From: Bacillota bacterium
GTDB taxonomy: Bacteria; Bacillota; Desulfotomaculia; Desulfotomaculales; JBFMEU01
Direction: 5' to 3'
NCBI GenBank assembly: GCA_040753155.1
Contig: JBFMEU010000005.1
Span: 1-60,542 of the forward strand
DNA: 60,542 bases
The stretch's first letter is position 1. Each line of letters begins with the position of its first letter. Shown here piece by piece: positions 28,661-39,721 of the stretch. The notes beneath the pieces are model-generated. The model was not told the origin of the DNA, searched no databases, and worked only from the letters and a program-made list of their open reading frames with translations. The position numbers and the translations under genes were made by a program.

Positions 28661-29779
28661 TTATACATAAAGCCGGGGCACCCGGTAGCTTACCATACAC
28701 AGCACCTCATAATTAATAGTGCCCATCAGTCCGGCAATTTCGTCCGCCGAAATCTCTTCGCCGCCCTGCCGTCCCAGCAAAACCACCTCGTCCCCCGGGG
28801 CCACGCCGGCAATGTGCCCCACGTCAGCCATGCACTGGTCCATGCACACCCGGCCCACAATGGGGGCCCTTTGCCCCTGCACCAGTACACTGCCTCTTGA
28901 TGACAACAGCCGGCTGTACCCGTCGGCATACCCGGCCGGCACGGTGACAATAACCGTTGGCCCGGGGGCGGCATAGGTGCAGCCGTAACTGATCCTGGCC
29001 CCCTGCTCCACCGGCTTGATGTGGGCCACCCGGGCCTTCAGGCTCATGGCCGGCTGCAGGCTGACCCCGGCCAGGTTAACCTCCGGCGACGGCGGCAGGC
29101 CGTACAGGCTGATGCCCGCCCTTACCAGATCCAGGCGGGTTTCAGGGTGCTGGATCAAGGCGGCGCTGTTGGCGCAGTGGCGGACGGGAAACTCCAGCCC
29201 CCGGCGGGCCAACTGATCCAGGATCTCCAGAAAGGTGGCAAACTGATAGCGGGTGTAGGTGTCATCAGCTGCATCGGCCATGGCAAAATGGGTAAAAACC
29301 CCCTGGGGCTCCAGGTTGGGCAGGCGGGCGCAGCGCAAGATTTCATCCACCAGATTGTCCCCGGGCCGGAAACCCAGCCTGCCCATGCCGGTGTCAATTT
29401 TAATGTGCACCGCCACCCGCTTTCCGGCCAGGCCCGCCTGCCGGCTCAGTTCCTCAGCGCCGCCCGGGCTGTACACCGTCTGGGCCAGGCTGTAGTCAGC
29501 CACGTCCCGGAGGGCCTCGTCAGGTGTATAGCCCAGCACCAGCACCGGGCAGTCAAAGCCGGCCCGGCGCAGGCTGACCCCCTCATCCGCCCTGGCCACG
29601 CCCAGCCAGGTGGCTCCGGCGCCCAGGGCGGCCCGGCTGACCTCCAGCATGCCATGGCCGTAAGCATTGGCCTTAACCACCGCCATCAGGCCGGTTCCGG
29701 GCCGGCACAAGCGGCTAAGTTCAGCGGTATTGTGGGCAACCGCCCCCAGGTTTATCTCAGCCCAAACGGGATATTTCAT
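28661..29779 (-). CDS. alr: Alanine racemase
   Basis: [34 protein letters not shown]. Confidence 0.97.
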   Translation of the reverse strand: MKYPVWAEINLGAVAHNTAELSRLCRPGTGLMAVVKANAYGHGMLEVSRAALGAGATWLGVARADEGVSLRRAGFDCPVLVLGYTPDEALRDVADYSLAQTVYSPGGAEELSRQAGLAGKRVAVHIKIDTGMGRLGFRPGDNLVDEILRCARLPNLEPQGVFTHFAMADAADDTYTRYQFATFLEILDQLARRGLEFPVRHCANSAALIQHPETRLDLVRAGISLYGLPPSPEVNLAGVSLQPAMSLKARVAHIKPVEQGARISYGCTYAAPGPTVIVTVPAGYADGYSRLLSSRGSVLVQGQRAPIVGRVCMDQCMADVGHIAGVAPGDEVVLLGRQGGEEISADEIAGLMGTINYEVLCMVSYRVPRLYV

Positions 29780-29914
29780 TGGAAGCACCCCTTGGTTTTC
29801 TCTTATGCACACCGGTTTCACTGAATGCATACTATTACAGGCAAGATTAATGGCGTCGTCAAGCCGGCAGCCGTCACAACTTCTGATATCCGACGCCCGA
29901 CGTCCGACGGCCAT

Positions 29915-31462
29915 TTACTCCAGTTCTTTTAGTACGCCCGGCAGGGCGTCCAGAATGTCTCCGGCAATCATACCCAGCAGGCCCTTGATCCGGGCCGCCT
30001 CGTCACCGGCCCGGCCGTGGATGTAAACTCCGCAGGCGGCAGCCTTGACCGGCTCCAGACCCTGGGCCAGCAGCCCGGCAATAATGCCGGTAAGGACATC
30101 GCCGCTGCCCCCCGAGGCCATGCCCGGGTTGCCGGTGGGATTGATATAAGTTTTACCCCCCGGCCCGGCAATAACCGTGCCCGCCCCTTTGAGCACCACC
30201 ACCTTGCGCCAGTGGGCCGCCGCGGCCTCGGCCTCTTGCAGGCGGTTGTCCTGGATCTCCGCCGGCTTTTTGCCCACCAGCCGGGCCATTTCACCAGGGT
30301 GGGGGGTAAGCACCAGGGAGGTTTTTATTTTCTTTATGCCCTCCGACTGGCCCGCCAGGGCATTCAGGCCGTCTGCGTCCACCACCACCGGCACAGTCAG
30401 CTCCGGCAGCAGCTCCCGCACCAGGGTCCTGGTTTCCGGGTGTGTTCCCAGGCCCGGGCCCAGGGCCACCACATCAGCTTCTTCAACCAGTTCTTTTACT
30501 TCCTTCTTGCCCAGCCTGGTCAGGGTGGCCCGGGAGGTTTCCGGCAGGGGTGCCGTCATAACCTCGGTCAGCTTGGCCTCACAAATATCATGTAATGATT
30601 CCGGCACCCCCAGGGTAACCAGGCCCGCCCCGGAGCGGGCCGCAGCCAGCGACGCCAGGCAGGCCGCCCCGGTCATGCCCCGCGACCCGGCCAGCACCAC
30701 AACCCGCCCGCAGTCACCCTTGTGGACACTGAGGCGCCGGCGAGGCAGCCACTCCCGCACCAGGCTGTCACTCAGAAGGCTTCGCTTCAGGTTCGGGTCC
30801 CGGGTCAGGTCGGCCGGGATGGAAATGTCGGCAACATACAGCCGTCCGGTGTAATAGGGGCCATCCCCCAGCACCAGGCCCAGCTTCGGCAGGGCAAAGG
30901 TAACTGTGTGATCGGCCCTGATGCAGGGGCCGTTCACCCGCCCGGTGTCAGCCTCCAGGCCCGAGGGGATATCCACCGCCACCACTGTCTTGCCGCTGCC
31001 GTTAACGGCGTCAATCACCGGCGCCAGATCATCCCGCACCGCCCCGCGAAACCCGGCGCCGTATATGGCATCAACAATCAGATCGGTATTGATTAACATC
31101 AGCCGCACAATGTTTATTTCATTACTCTGCTGCAAGGTGTACACCTTCTGGCCCATCTTCTGCCAAATCTCAAAGTTTACCCTGGCGTCACCCTCAATTT
31201 CCTGAGGATTGGCAATGAGCACAACCTTGACCTCGGCCCCCTGGTTAAGCAGGTGGCGGGCCACCACCAGGCCATCTCCGCCGTTATTACCCTTACCCGC
31301 CAGGATGGTAATGACACGCCCGCCAACATCCCCCAGCAGACCGGAAATAACCTCTACCACCCGGCGCCCGGCGTTCTCCATCAGTACCACACCGGGAATG
31401 CCAAATGTCTCCATGGCCCCCCGGTCGATTCTCCGCATCTCTGCAGAGCTTACAATACGCAT
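29915..31462 (-). CDS. nnr: Bifunctional NAD(P)H-hydrate epimerase/dehydratase
   Basis: GKGNNGGDG, DIPSG, TPHPGEM, GGSGDVL. Confidence 0.95.
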   Translation of the reverse strand: MRIVSSAEMRRIDRGAMETFGIPGVVLMENAGRRVVEVISGLLGDVGGRVITILAGKGNNGGDGLVVARHLLNQGAEVKVVLIANPQEIEGDARVNFEIWQKMGQKVYTLQQSNEINIVRLMLINTDLIVDAIYGAGFRGAVRDDLAPVIDAVNGSGKTVVAVDIPSGLEADTGRVNGPCIRADHTVTFALPKLGLVLGDGPYYTGRLYVADISIPADLTRDPNLKRSLLSDSLVREWLPRRRLSVHKGDCGRVVVLAGSRGMTGAACLASLAAARSGAGLVTLGVPESLHDICEAKLTEVMTAPLPETSRATLTRLGKKEVKELVEEADVVALGPGLGTHPETRTLVRELLPELTVPVVVDADGLNALAGQSEGIKKIKTSLVLTPHPGEMARLVGKKPAEIQDNRLQEAEAAAAHWRKVVVLKGAGTVIAGPGGKTYINPTGNPGMASGGSGDVLTGIIAGLLAQGLEPVKAAACGVYIHGRAGDEAARIKGLLGMIAGDILDALPGVLKELE

Positions 31463-31468
31463 GATAAT

Positions 31469-31849
31469 TCATTCCTCCCCGCCTATTGCTATGGCAAAGG
31501 CCACAGCCCTTCCCCGGTCATGGGATATTGAAATCAGCACCCGCCTTACCCCTAGCTGCCTGGCCACCTTCAAGGCCCCCCCGGACAAATGCGCCTGCGG
31601 GGCACTGCCCGGCCCGGGCAGCACCTCAACATCAGTCCAGCGACAGCCTGCCAGCCCCGTGCCCAGGGCCTTCAGAACAGCCTCCTTGGCGGCAAACCTG
31701 GCGGCATAACACCCCCAGGGATCCCTGCGGCTATGGCAGAACTCTATTTCGGACGGCGTGAACAGTCTTTCCAAAAAGCGCCGGCCATACTTTTCAGTGC
31801 CCTGTCTCAGGCGGTTGATTTCTATGATATCGGTTCCAATTCCCAGCAC
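31469..31849 (-). CDS. acpS: Holo-ACP synthase
   Basis: GIGTDIIE, ARFAAKEA..KA, ISISH. Confidence 0.97.
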   Translation of the reverse strand: MLGIGTDIIEINRLRQGTEKYGRRFLERLFTPSEIEFCHSRRDPWGCYAARFAAKEAVLKALGTGLAGCRWTDVEVLPGPGSAPQAHLSGGALKVARQLGVRRVLISISHDRGRAVAFAIAIGGEE

Positions 31850-31873
31850 AGCATTTATCTCCCGGTTAATCTA

Positions 31874-32004
31874 TTGAACGAAACTTCATTCAGAGGGGGA
31901 TTCAACCCCCTCTGAATGTTAGCCGAGTCCATACTGGACTTAACCGCCCTTTGAAACCCGCCGCCTACAGAGGCGGGGGTCTTAGGGCAGATTAGTTCAG
32001 TGAT
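31874..32004 (+). repeat. Family A element, long form
   Basis: Near-identical to 20366-20496. Confidence 0.9.
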
Positions 32005-32055
32005 AATCTGGATAGTTCAACAAAAAACTCCAAAAACCTCCCGGGGCCGGCAGTT

Positions 32056-32400
32056 TCAACAAAGGTCTTTGGAAAAGCTGCCACTTAGCTTGAAATTAAC
32101 CCACTCCGGAAAAGGAATGCCCGATCGGGCAAAAAACTCACTCTCCCTGGCCTTTTGCTCATCCTGCCAGGCCAAAAACTCCCGGACCGCCTTTTTGGCC
32201 TGCTGGAACAATTCCTCGTCAAGCGCCTCACTCTCCATCAGCAAAACCCTCAGGGCCAGGTTTTCTTCTTCCAGCACCTTCAAGCGGCTAAACAACTCAA
32301 TTAACATCAGCCGGTTCACGTCCTCATCCACCGGCCTGCTTACATCACCCAGCAAGTTCCAGATTTTACGGTCGCTGAGCATATCCCAGACAGCTTGCAA
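32056..32400 (-). CDS. Hypothetical protein
   Basis: TTG start after AAGGAG; helical composition. Confidence 0.65.
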   Translation of the reverse strand: MQAVWDMLSDRKIWNLLGDVSRPVDEDVNRLMLIELFSRLKVLEEENLALRVLLMESEALDEELFQQAKKAVREFLAWQDEQKARESEFFARSGIPFPEWVNFKLSGSFSKDLC

Positions 32401-32463
32401 TTAACACCACTCCTTACATTAATATGGTGTTATTGTAAACAAGTACCTGAACCGGCTATACAT

Positions 32464-32524
32464 GGTAAAAAGGGTCCAGGCTACTTTTTTGCATTGCGAA
32501 AAAGTAGCCTGGACCCTTTTTACC
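32464..32524. terminator. Long hairpin, family B
   Basis: GGTAAAAAGGGTCCAGGCTACTTTTT..AAAAAGTAGCCTGGACCCTTTTTACC. Confidence 0.75.
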
Positions 32525-32539
32525 TGTATCACTGATTGT

Positions 32540-33331
32540 CTAGAAACCAAGGATTTTTCTTAGTTTTTTGGCCTGGGCGCGACTTACCGGCACTTCACTG
32601 TTTTCTTTGTCCTCCACTACCAGATTGTAGGTGCCATTGAAAAAAGGAATAATTTCTCTAACTTTATGCAAGTTAACCAGGTAACACCGGTGGGTGCGGA
32701 AAAAGACGGAGGAATTAAGGCGGGCCTCCAGTTCCTTGAGGGTAAACCTGGTAAAAAGTTTGTCGTTGAAGGTTTTGACGTAAATATAGTCCTGTTCGGT
32801 GAAGGCGTAAAAGATGTCCGACTCGGCCACCAATACGGTTTTACCCTGTTTTTCAGCAGGTAGGCGGTCGATTTTGATCTGGCCCTGGCTGTTGGCGGCG
32901 GCCCTGACCTCGCCGTTGCCGTTGGTTCCCCTGGCGGTCGCCTCATCCGCAGCCGCAGCACTTTCCTGGCATGCCTTCACCACTTTGTCAATGGCCTTCT
33001 TCAGCCGCCCCGGCTCTACCGGTTTTAGCAGGTAGTCCACGACACTAACCTCAAAAGCCCGTACAGCATACTCATCATAGGCCGTAACGAAAATTATGTG
33101 GGGCTGGCGGGGCAGTTCCTGAATTACGGCGCCAAGATCCAAGCCGCTCATGCCGGGCATGGAAATGTCCACAAATAAAACATGGTAGTCCAAGGCCTTG
33201 ACCAGGGCCAGGGCTTCCTGGGCGTTGGTGGCCTCCCCCACAATTTCTATGTTATCAAAACCACTAAGAGCAAAGCGCAACTCCTGCCGGGCAGGATATT
33301 CATCATCCACAATCAGTGCCTTTAACTTCAC
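32540..33331 (-). CDS. LytTR-family response regulator
   Basis: Receiver domain (VDDE, DISMPG, DYLLKP) plus FFRTHRCYLVN..PVSR. Confidence 0.95.
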   Translation of the reverse strand: MKLKALIVDDEYPARQELRFALSGFDNIEIVGEATNAQEALALVKALDYHVLFVDISMPGMSGLDLGAVIQELPRQPHIIFVTAYDEYAVRAFEVSVVDYLLKPVEPGRLKKAIDKVVKACQESAAAADEATARGTNGNGEVRAAANSQGQIKIDRLPAEKQGKTVLVAESDIFYAFTEQDYIYVKTFNDKLFTRFTLKELEARLNSSVFFRTHRCYLVNLHKVREIIPFFNGTYNLVVEDKENSEVPVSRAQAKKLRKILGF

Positions 33332-34641
33332 CGGGCCACTACCTCCCTTGTCTCACTATTTTTCATCAGGGGTACCCTGACGTAAACCGAAGTCCCCTCC
33401 CCTGGAACACTCACAATACGCAGGCCGTACTCCTCGCCGAACAATCCCTTCAGGCGTTCATGAACATTGCTCAGACCAACCCCATTACCCGAACCGTGGC
33501 CAGGCTTAAGCACTTCCGGTATCTTGTTCCGGGGTATCCCCACCCCGTCGTCCCTGATGACAATCAGCATTTCCTCATCATTCGGCCGGGCTGCAATGTG
33601 GACGGTGCCCACCCCCGGTTTGGGCAGGATGCCATGCTTGATGGCATTTTCTACCAGGGGCTGTATAGTTAGCACAGGTACATGGTATTCCAGCAGGCTC
33701 TCATTTATTTCCCTGACCACCCGCAGCTTATCCCGAAACCTGGCCTTTTCCAGAATTACATAGGTGTTCAGATATTCTATTTCCTCCTTGAGGGTGTTAA
33801 AGTGACCGTGCCGCTTCAAGGCGTGCCGGAAAAAGGCAGCCAGCCGGATTAAAAGCCTGCGGGCCGTCTCCGGATTGGTACGGCTAAACATAATTATAGT
33901 ATTCAGGGTATTAAAAAGGAAGTGCGGATTTATCTGGGCCTGCAGGGCAGCAAGCTCAGCCTTGGTAACCAGCTGAACCTGGTGGTCCAACTCGGCCAAC
34001 TCCATTTGCATACCCAATAGCTGGGCCACGCCCACCGCCAGGTTGACCACCTGGGACGGGATCTCCCCCTTCACCGTCTGGTAAAGCTTAACTGCGCCAG
34101 CTATTTCCTCCTTGCACTTGAGGGGGGCAATAACCGCCGACTCCAGGGGGCAATCCTTTTCCAGGCAGTTGAGCCCGTAGCTGGACTCCACGATCTTCAG
34201 TTCCCCGGTGGCCAGCACCTCTCTGGTTGCGTTAGTCATGATAGGGCCGCCGGGTTTGTGGTGGTCGGACCCAACCCCTATGTAGGCCAGCACCCGCTCC
34301 CGGTCAGTAATGGCAACCGCCGAAACTCCGGTTAACTTTTGAATAATTTCTGCTGTTTTGGAGGCTGTTTCCTCGTTTAGCCCCCGCCGCAAGTAAGGGA
34401 GAGTCTCGTTGGCGATACGCAGCGTCGGCGTCAGGGAGTGCCCCTCCATTTCTATTTTTACTACCTTGTGCCGCCGCAGGTAGTCACTGACCAGGTATGC
34501 AGACAGGGCATTGATGGCCAGCATTACCAAAGCCAGTTTCCAAAGGCCGGGGTCCCAGGCAATGATAAAGATCAGGGCAAGGGCATGAATTAGAACCCAG
34601 CGCAAAGTTACATTGACAAGTAATTCCTTTTGGAATCTCAT
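33328..34641 (-). CDS. LytS-type sensor histidine kinase
   Basis: LQAQINPHFLFNTLN, QPLVENAIKHG, DDGVG, GVGLSNV. Confidence 0.95.
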   Translation of the reverse strand: MRFQKELLVNVTLRWVLIHALALIFIIAWDPGLWKLALVMLAINALSAYLVSDYLRRHKVVKIEMEGHSLTPTLRIANETLPYLRRGLNEETASKTAEIIQKLTGVSAVAITDRERVLAYIGVGSDHHKPGGPIMTNATREVLATGELKIVESSYGLNCLEKDCPLESAVIAPLKCKEEIAGAVKLYQTVKGEIPSQVVNLAVGVAQLLGMQMELAELDHQVQLVTKAELAALQAQINPHFLFNTLNTIIMFSRTNPETARRLLIRLAAFFRHALKRHGHFNTLKEEIEYLNTYVILEKARFRDKLRVVREINESLLEYHVPVLTIQPLVENAIKHGILPKPGVGTVHIAARPNDEEMLIVIRDDGVGIPRNKIPEVLKPGHGSGNGVGLSNVHERLKGLFGEEYGLRIVSVPGEGTSVYVRVPLMKNSETREVVAR

Positions 34642-34792
34642 AGCCTTCCCCCCGCCATGAAAATAACATAATTTTCGAAATAATTAATATAAACTACAAG
34701 TAATGCTACTTCGACAATTAATCTGCCAGATCCTTTTATTAAGCTGATAAAAATGCCAGATAGCTTTGGAAAAACCAAGGCTATCTGGCATT

Positions 34793-34855
34793 TTGAACGA
34801 GACTTCATTCAGAGAGGGATTCAACCCCCTCTGAATGTTAGCCGAGTCCAGTGAT
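34793..34855 (+). repeat. Family A element, short form
   Basis: Near-identical to 6728-6790. Confidence 0.9.
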
Positions 34856-34896
34856 AAAGCTCTACTCTGAAAACACATTTGCTTCGGGACGGATGC

Positions 34897-36879
34897 TTAC
34901 CGCTTGTTTCCACCATCATTTCGCAATTCCCAATCGGCCTCAAACATACTGGCTTTTAAGCTATTCACCACACCGGGGTCAGTCAGGGCGGTGGTGTCAC
35001 CCAGGGTTCTGCCCTCGGCAATGTCCCGCAGCAGCCGGCGCATGATTTTGCCGCTACGGGTCTTGGGCAGCTCTGAGATAAAGATAATGTCATCCGGTCT
35101 GGCCAAGTTGCCAATTTTCTTGGCCACGTAAGATTTCAGCTCCACCACTAGCTCCGGGGTTCCCTCATAACCCTCCTTAAGGGTGACAAAGGCGCTTACC
35201 GACTGACCCTTGATTTCATCAACCTTGCCAATTACAGCGGCCTCGGCCACCGCCCGGTGATCCACCAGGGCACTCTCAATCTCCGTTGTGCCCAACCGGT
35301 GGCCACTTACGTTAATAACATCATCCACCCGCCCCATAAACCAGAAGTAGCCATCCTCATCCCACCTGGCGCCGTCACCGGTAAAATAAATATTTTCGAA
35401 GCGGCTGAAATATTGGGCCACATAGCGCTCTGGATCCCCGTAAAGGGTACGCAGCATGGCCGGGCAGGGTGACTTCAAAACAAGATAGCCGCCTCCGCCG
35501 GGCTGCACCGGGTTGCCCATCGTATCCACGATCACAGCTTCCACTCCCGGGAAGGGCCTGGTTGCCGATCCGGGCTTGGTGGCGGTAATACCCGGCAGGG
35601 GGGAAATTAAAATCATGCCTGTCTCAGTCTGCCACCAAGTATCCACAATGGGGCAGCGTCCGCCCCCGATGTGCTGGTGATACCAGATCCAGGCCTCGGG
35701 GTTAATGGGCTCACCCACCGTGCCCAGCAAGCGCAGTGAGTTTATATCCCGGCGGGCCGGCCACTCCGGCCCCCATTTCATGAAAGCGCGGATGGCCGTG
35801 GGAGTAGTATACAAGATTGAGACGGCGTATTTTTCTATAATCGCCCAAATACGGTCCCTCTCCGGCCAGTCGAGGCCGCCCTCATACATGACGGTGGCGC
35901 ATCCATTGGCCAGGGGCCCGTAGACAGCATAGCTATGGCCGGTTACCCAGCCGATATCCGCAGTACACCAGAAAACATCATCATCCTTAATATCAAAAAC
36001 ATAGTAGTGGGTTGCCGCGACTCCTGTAAGGTAGCCTCCGGCGGTGTGCAGCAGGCCCTTGGGCTTGCCGGTGGAGCCGCTGGTATAGAGAATGAAAAAG
36101 GGATCCTCGGCATCCACCTCCACAGGTTCGCAGAAAGCAGCTGCATCAGCCATCAGTTCATGATACCAGTAATCCCTGCCCCCGACGAAATTCACTTCCT
36201 GACCGGTATATTTAACCAGAAGCACTTTTTCCACCAAGGGGCATTTTTTCAGCGCCTCATCGCAGTTATCCTTTAAAGGAATGATTTCTCCCCGGTGCCA
36301 GCCGCCGTCGGCAGTTACCACCACCTTGGACTGGCTGTCGTTAACCCGGTTAATAATGGAATCGGGGCTAAAGCCGCCGAAAATAACACTGTGGGGGGCG
36401 CCAATGCGGGCACAGGCCAGCATAACCACCGGAAGCTCGGGAATCATGCCCAGGTAAATGGTAACCCTGTCCCCCTTTTCTACCCCCATTTTTTTTAAGA
36501 CATTGGCTGTTTTGTTTACCTCACGGTACATGTCCTGGTAAGTCAGAACCCGGCTGTCTCCGCCCTCGCCTTCCCAGATTATAGCCGCCTTGGTTTTCCG
36601 CCAGGTTTTCACATGCCGGTCAACACAGTTATAAGCGACATTCAACTTGCCATTGACAAACCACTTACAGTAAGGCGGCGTCCCCTCCAGCACCTGGTCC
36701 CACTTCTTGAACCAGTCCAGCCGCTCAGCCATGCTGGCCCAAAACTCCTCCTTATTGGCCGCGGCTCGCTCATACAGGGAGTTATCCTTTATATTGGCCT
36801 GGGCGGTAAATTCCGGCGAAGGCGGAAATAATCTGTCCTCTTTCAATAAAACCTCCAAAGCCTTGTCACGCTCAGCCAT
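34897..36879 (-). CDS. acs: Acetyl-CoA synthetase, paralog 1
   Basis: [34 protein letters not shown] 36879 after GGAGG. Confidence 0.95.
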   Translation of the reverse strand: MAERDKALEVLLKEDRLFPPSPEFTAQANIKDNSLYERAAANKEEFWASMAERLDWFKKWDQVLEGTPPYCKWFVNGKLNVAYNCVDRHVKTWRKTKAAIIWEGEGGDSRVLTYQDMYREVNKTANVLKKMGVEKGDRVTIYLGMIPELPVVMLACARIGAPHSVIFGGFSPDSIINRVNDSQSKVVVTADGGWHRGEIIPLKDNCDEALKKCPLVEKVLLVKYTGQEVNFVGGRDYWYHELMADAAAFCEPVEVDAEDPFFILYTSGSTGKPKGLLHTAGGYLTGVAATHYYVFDIKDDDVFWCTADIGWVTGHSYAVYGPLANGCATVMYEGGLDWPERDRIWAIIEKYAVSILYTTPTAIRAFMKWGPEWPARRDINSLRLLGTVGEPINPEAWIWYHQHIGGGRCPIVDTWWQTETGMILISPLPGITATKPGSATRPFPGVEAVIVDTMGNPVQPGGGGYLVLKSPCPAMLRTLYGDPERYVAQYFSRFENIYFTGDGARWDEDGYFWFMGRVDDVINVSGHRLGTTEIESALVDHRAVAEAAVIGKVDEIKGQSVSAFVTLKEGYEGTPELVVELKSYVAKKIGNLARPDDIIFISELPKTRSGKIMRRLLRDIAEGRTLGDTTALTDPGVVNSLKASMFEADWELRNDGGNKR

Positions 36880-37158
36880 ATAACCAACCTCCATCTCAGG
36901 TTTGCCGGTACAGAAAAAACCATATTCAACAATGTCTTCTCCGCATCTCCCTCGCATGACAAGTATAACAAAAATGCTCATCATATTATCATAATACACT
37001 TTTGCTGAAATATTAAGAATTTTTACTTAAATGGCTCTATAAAAAATTTAAAACTAATTGCTGCAGGCTAAGCGGCAGGGCTAATTGGCAGTGTCAGAAA
37101 GCTGACATGCAGGTTCTGCCGCGGCATAACCTCCCCCCCCCGCGAGACACCAAACGCT

Positions 37159-37209
37159 ACCGCTTAAGCGCAAAAAAGCTCCATTCGGCAGCTCAACATA
37201 ACCATTCAC
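37159..37209. promoter_or_regulatory. Putative LytTR binding repeats
   Basis: ACCGCTTAA, TCCATTCGG and ACCATTCAC at 21 bp period (37159, 37180, 37201). Confidence 0.4.
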
Positions 37210-37686
37210 CCAGCAAACCAACATCTATACGAATAGTTGCCCGACCAATGCCGTTTCGAACAAACTCACTGATTATGTCAATACTAAGTCAAACAGGGAG
37301 CAAGCGCCATTTTCAAAAAAGAAAATTGGAAAAATGATTGTGAAATAGATATTAATATATAGCAGCCATTTCCAGAATTAATCTGTTAAACGGTTATATG
37401 TGACTCTAAGCGGTTATTTTTCAACTTGAACAGTTGAAGAATACTTTTTAGAAGAATGTTCACCTCTTAAAGCCGTGAATCCCTAATTTTCCGTAAGCTG
37501 CCGAAAACCTAACCATTTAGTTTTTCTGCATGGAACTTAAGGCCGGATTTATGGCCTTTAGGCTGAAAATTCTTAATTTTTTAGGCAGTATTGGATTATC
37601 ATATTATAGAATACATCGATCCTATCCAATATCGATCCTATCCAATCAGGAACAGCTTTAATAATAATTTTTAAGGAGGGGGAAAA

Positions 37687-39657
37687 ATGGCCGACGAAAA
37701 GGGCAGTGTGAAGAATTTGATGAGTGAGACCAGGGTTTTTTACCCGTCTCAGGACTTTGTGGAAAAGGCCTGGATTAACAGCAGGGAAATGCGGGACGAA
37801 ATGTACATAAAGTCCATTGAGCAGCCGGAAGAGTTCTGGGCTCAGATGGCCGAGGAGAATGTCGACTGGTTCAAGAAGTGGGATAAGGTGGAAGAATGTG
37901 ACTTCGTCAACGGAATAATAAAGTACTTTGATGGAGCAGAGCTTAATGTAACCTACAACTGCCTGGACCGGCACCTCAAAACCTGGCGCAGAAACAAGGC
38001 GGCCATCATCTGGCAGGGCGAACCGCAAGATGAAAGTCGCATTTATACCTACGACCAGCTGCACCGGGAAGTCAGCAAGTTTGCTAACGTGCTCAAAGGA
38101 TTGGGCGTGAAAAAAGGGGACCGGGTCTCCATTTACCTGCAAATGATTCCTGAACTCGCCATTGCCATGATGGCCTGCGCCCGGATTGGGGCCATCCACA
38201 GTATCGTTTTCGGCGGCTTCAGCGCCGACTCCCTGGCTGACAGGATCCTGGACTCCGACTGTCAGACACTGATCACCAGCAACTACGGTTACCGGGCGGG
38301 TAAATTGCTGCCCCAGAAAGACAATGCCGATGCTGCCATGGCCAAGTGCCCCAACGTAAAGAACTGTGTTGTTGTTAAAAGGGTCGACAAGGAGTGCGCC
38401 ATGGTCGAGGGCCGTGACCACTACTGGAATGACCTGATGGCCACCGCCTCCCAGGACTGCCCGCCGGAAAGCATGAAGGCCGAGGATCCCCTGTTCATCC
38501 TTTACACCAGCGGCTCCACCGGCAAGCCCAAGGGGGTTATGCACACCACCGGCGGCTACTTGACTTATGTAACCACAACATTTAAATATATCTTTGACTA
38601 CCGCGATAATGATGTTTTCTGGTGCACTGCGGACATCGGCTGGGTCACCGGTCACAGCTATATTGTGTACGGCCCTCTGTCCAATGGCGCCACCTCAATG
38701 ATGTTTGAAGGGGTACCCAACTACCCGAAGCCGGACAGGTTCTGGGAAAACGTTGAGAAATTCCGGGTCAATATTTTCTACACCGCACCCACCGCCATCC
38801 GGGCGATGATGCGGGACGGCGTGCAGTGGCCGGCAGGGCGGGATCTAAGCAGCCTGCGCCTTCTGGGCACCGTGGGCGAGCCCATCAATCCCGAGGCGTG
38901 GATGTGGTATCACACCAATATCGGCAAGGAAAGGTGCCCCATCGTGGACACCTGGTGGCAGACAGAAACCGGCGGCATCCTGATTACCCCGCTGCCCGGC
39001 GCCTATCCCACCAAGCCCGGTTCGGCCACCCTGCCCTTCTTTGGACTGAAGCCGAAGGTTATCCGCCAGGACGGCAGCGAGGCTGACATCAACGAGGGCG
39101 GCTACCTGGTTATTGAAAAGTCCTGGCCCGGCATCATGCGCACTGTGTACGGGGATCATGAGAGATTCCGGATGACCTATTTCAGCCAGTATCCCGGTTT
39201 ATACTTCACCGGTGACGGCGCCCGTAAGGACGAGGACGGCTACTTCTGGCTGATGGGCCGGGTCGATGACGTTATCAACATCTCCGGTCACCGCTTGGGA
39301 ACGGCTGAAGTGGAAAGCTCCCTGGTTTCCCACCCGAAGGTGGCGGAATCAGCGGTGGTAGGCTTCCCGCACGACATCAAGGGCGAGGGCATCTATGCCT
39401 ACGTTACCCTGAAAGAGGGATTCGAGGCCAGCGAAGAATTGAGAAAAGAGCTGGTGACTCACGTCCGCAAGGAGATTGGCCCCATTGCCACGCCGGATAA
39501 GATTCACTTCACCCCCGGCCTGCCCAAGACCCGCAGCGGTAAAATCATGCGGCGGATCCTGCGCAAGATTGCGGCCAATGAAGTTGACCAGTTGGGTGAC
39601 ACCAGCACCCTGGCCGACCCCACTGTGGTCGATTCCCTGGTGGCCAACAGGCTGTAA
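37687..39657 (+). CDS. acs: Acetyl-CoA synthetase, paralog 2
   Basis: Same signature motifs; AAGGAGG RBS. Confidence 0.97.
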   Translation: MADEKGSVKNLMSETRVFYPSQDFVEKAWINSREMRDEMYIKSIEQPEEFWAQMAEENVDWFKKWDKVEECDFVNGIIKYFDGAELNVTYNCLDRHLKTWRRNKAAIIWQGEPQDESRIYTYDQLHREVSKFANVLKGLGVKKGDRVSIYLQMIPELAIAMMACARIGAIHSIVFGGFSADSLADRILDSDCQTLITSNYGYRAGKLLPQKDNADAAMAKCPNVKNCVVVKRVDKECAMVEGRDHYWNDLMATASQDCPPESMKAEDPLFILYTSGSTGKPKGVMHTTGGYLTYVTTTFKYIFDYRDNDVFWCTADIGWVTGHSYIVYGPLSNGATSMMFEGVPNYPKPDRFWENVEKFRVNIFYTAPTAIRAMMRDGVQWPAGRDLSSLRLLGTVGEPINPEAWMWYHTNIGKERCPIVDTWWQTETGGILITPLPGAYPTKPGSATLPFFGLKPKVIRQDGSEADINEGGYLVIEKSWPGIMRTVYGDHERFRMTYFSQYPGLYFTGDGARKDEDGYFWLMGRVDDVINISGHRLGTAEVESSLVSHPKVAESAVVGFPHDIKGEGIYAYVTLKEGFEASEELRKELVTHVRKEIGPIATPDKIHFTPGLPKTRSGKIMRRILRKIAANEVDQLGDTSTLADPTVVDSLVANRL

Positions 39658-39687
39658 TTTCTAAAGCAAGTTAATTAATGTATATTG

Positions 39688-39711
39688 TGAGCCAGGTTTA
39701 ACCTGGCTCAC
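39688..39711. terminator. Hairpin between convergent genes
   Basis: GTGAGCCAGG-ttta-ACCTGGCTCAC. Confidence 0.65.
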
Positions 39712-39721
39712 TCACTTTTAA

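Noticed and set aside
37573..38655. Long antisense ORFs over acs (also 52042-53199 and 43581-44366)
   Set aside because: Shadow frames of GC3-rich genes on the opposite strand
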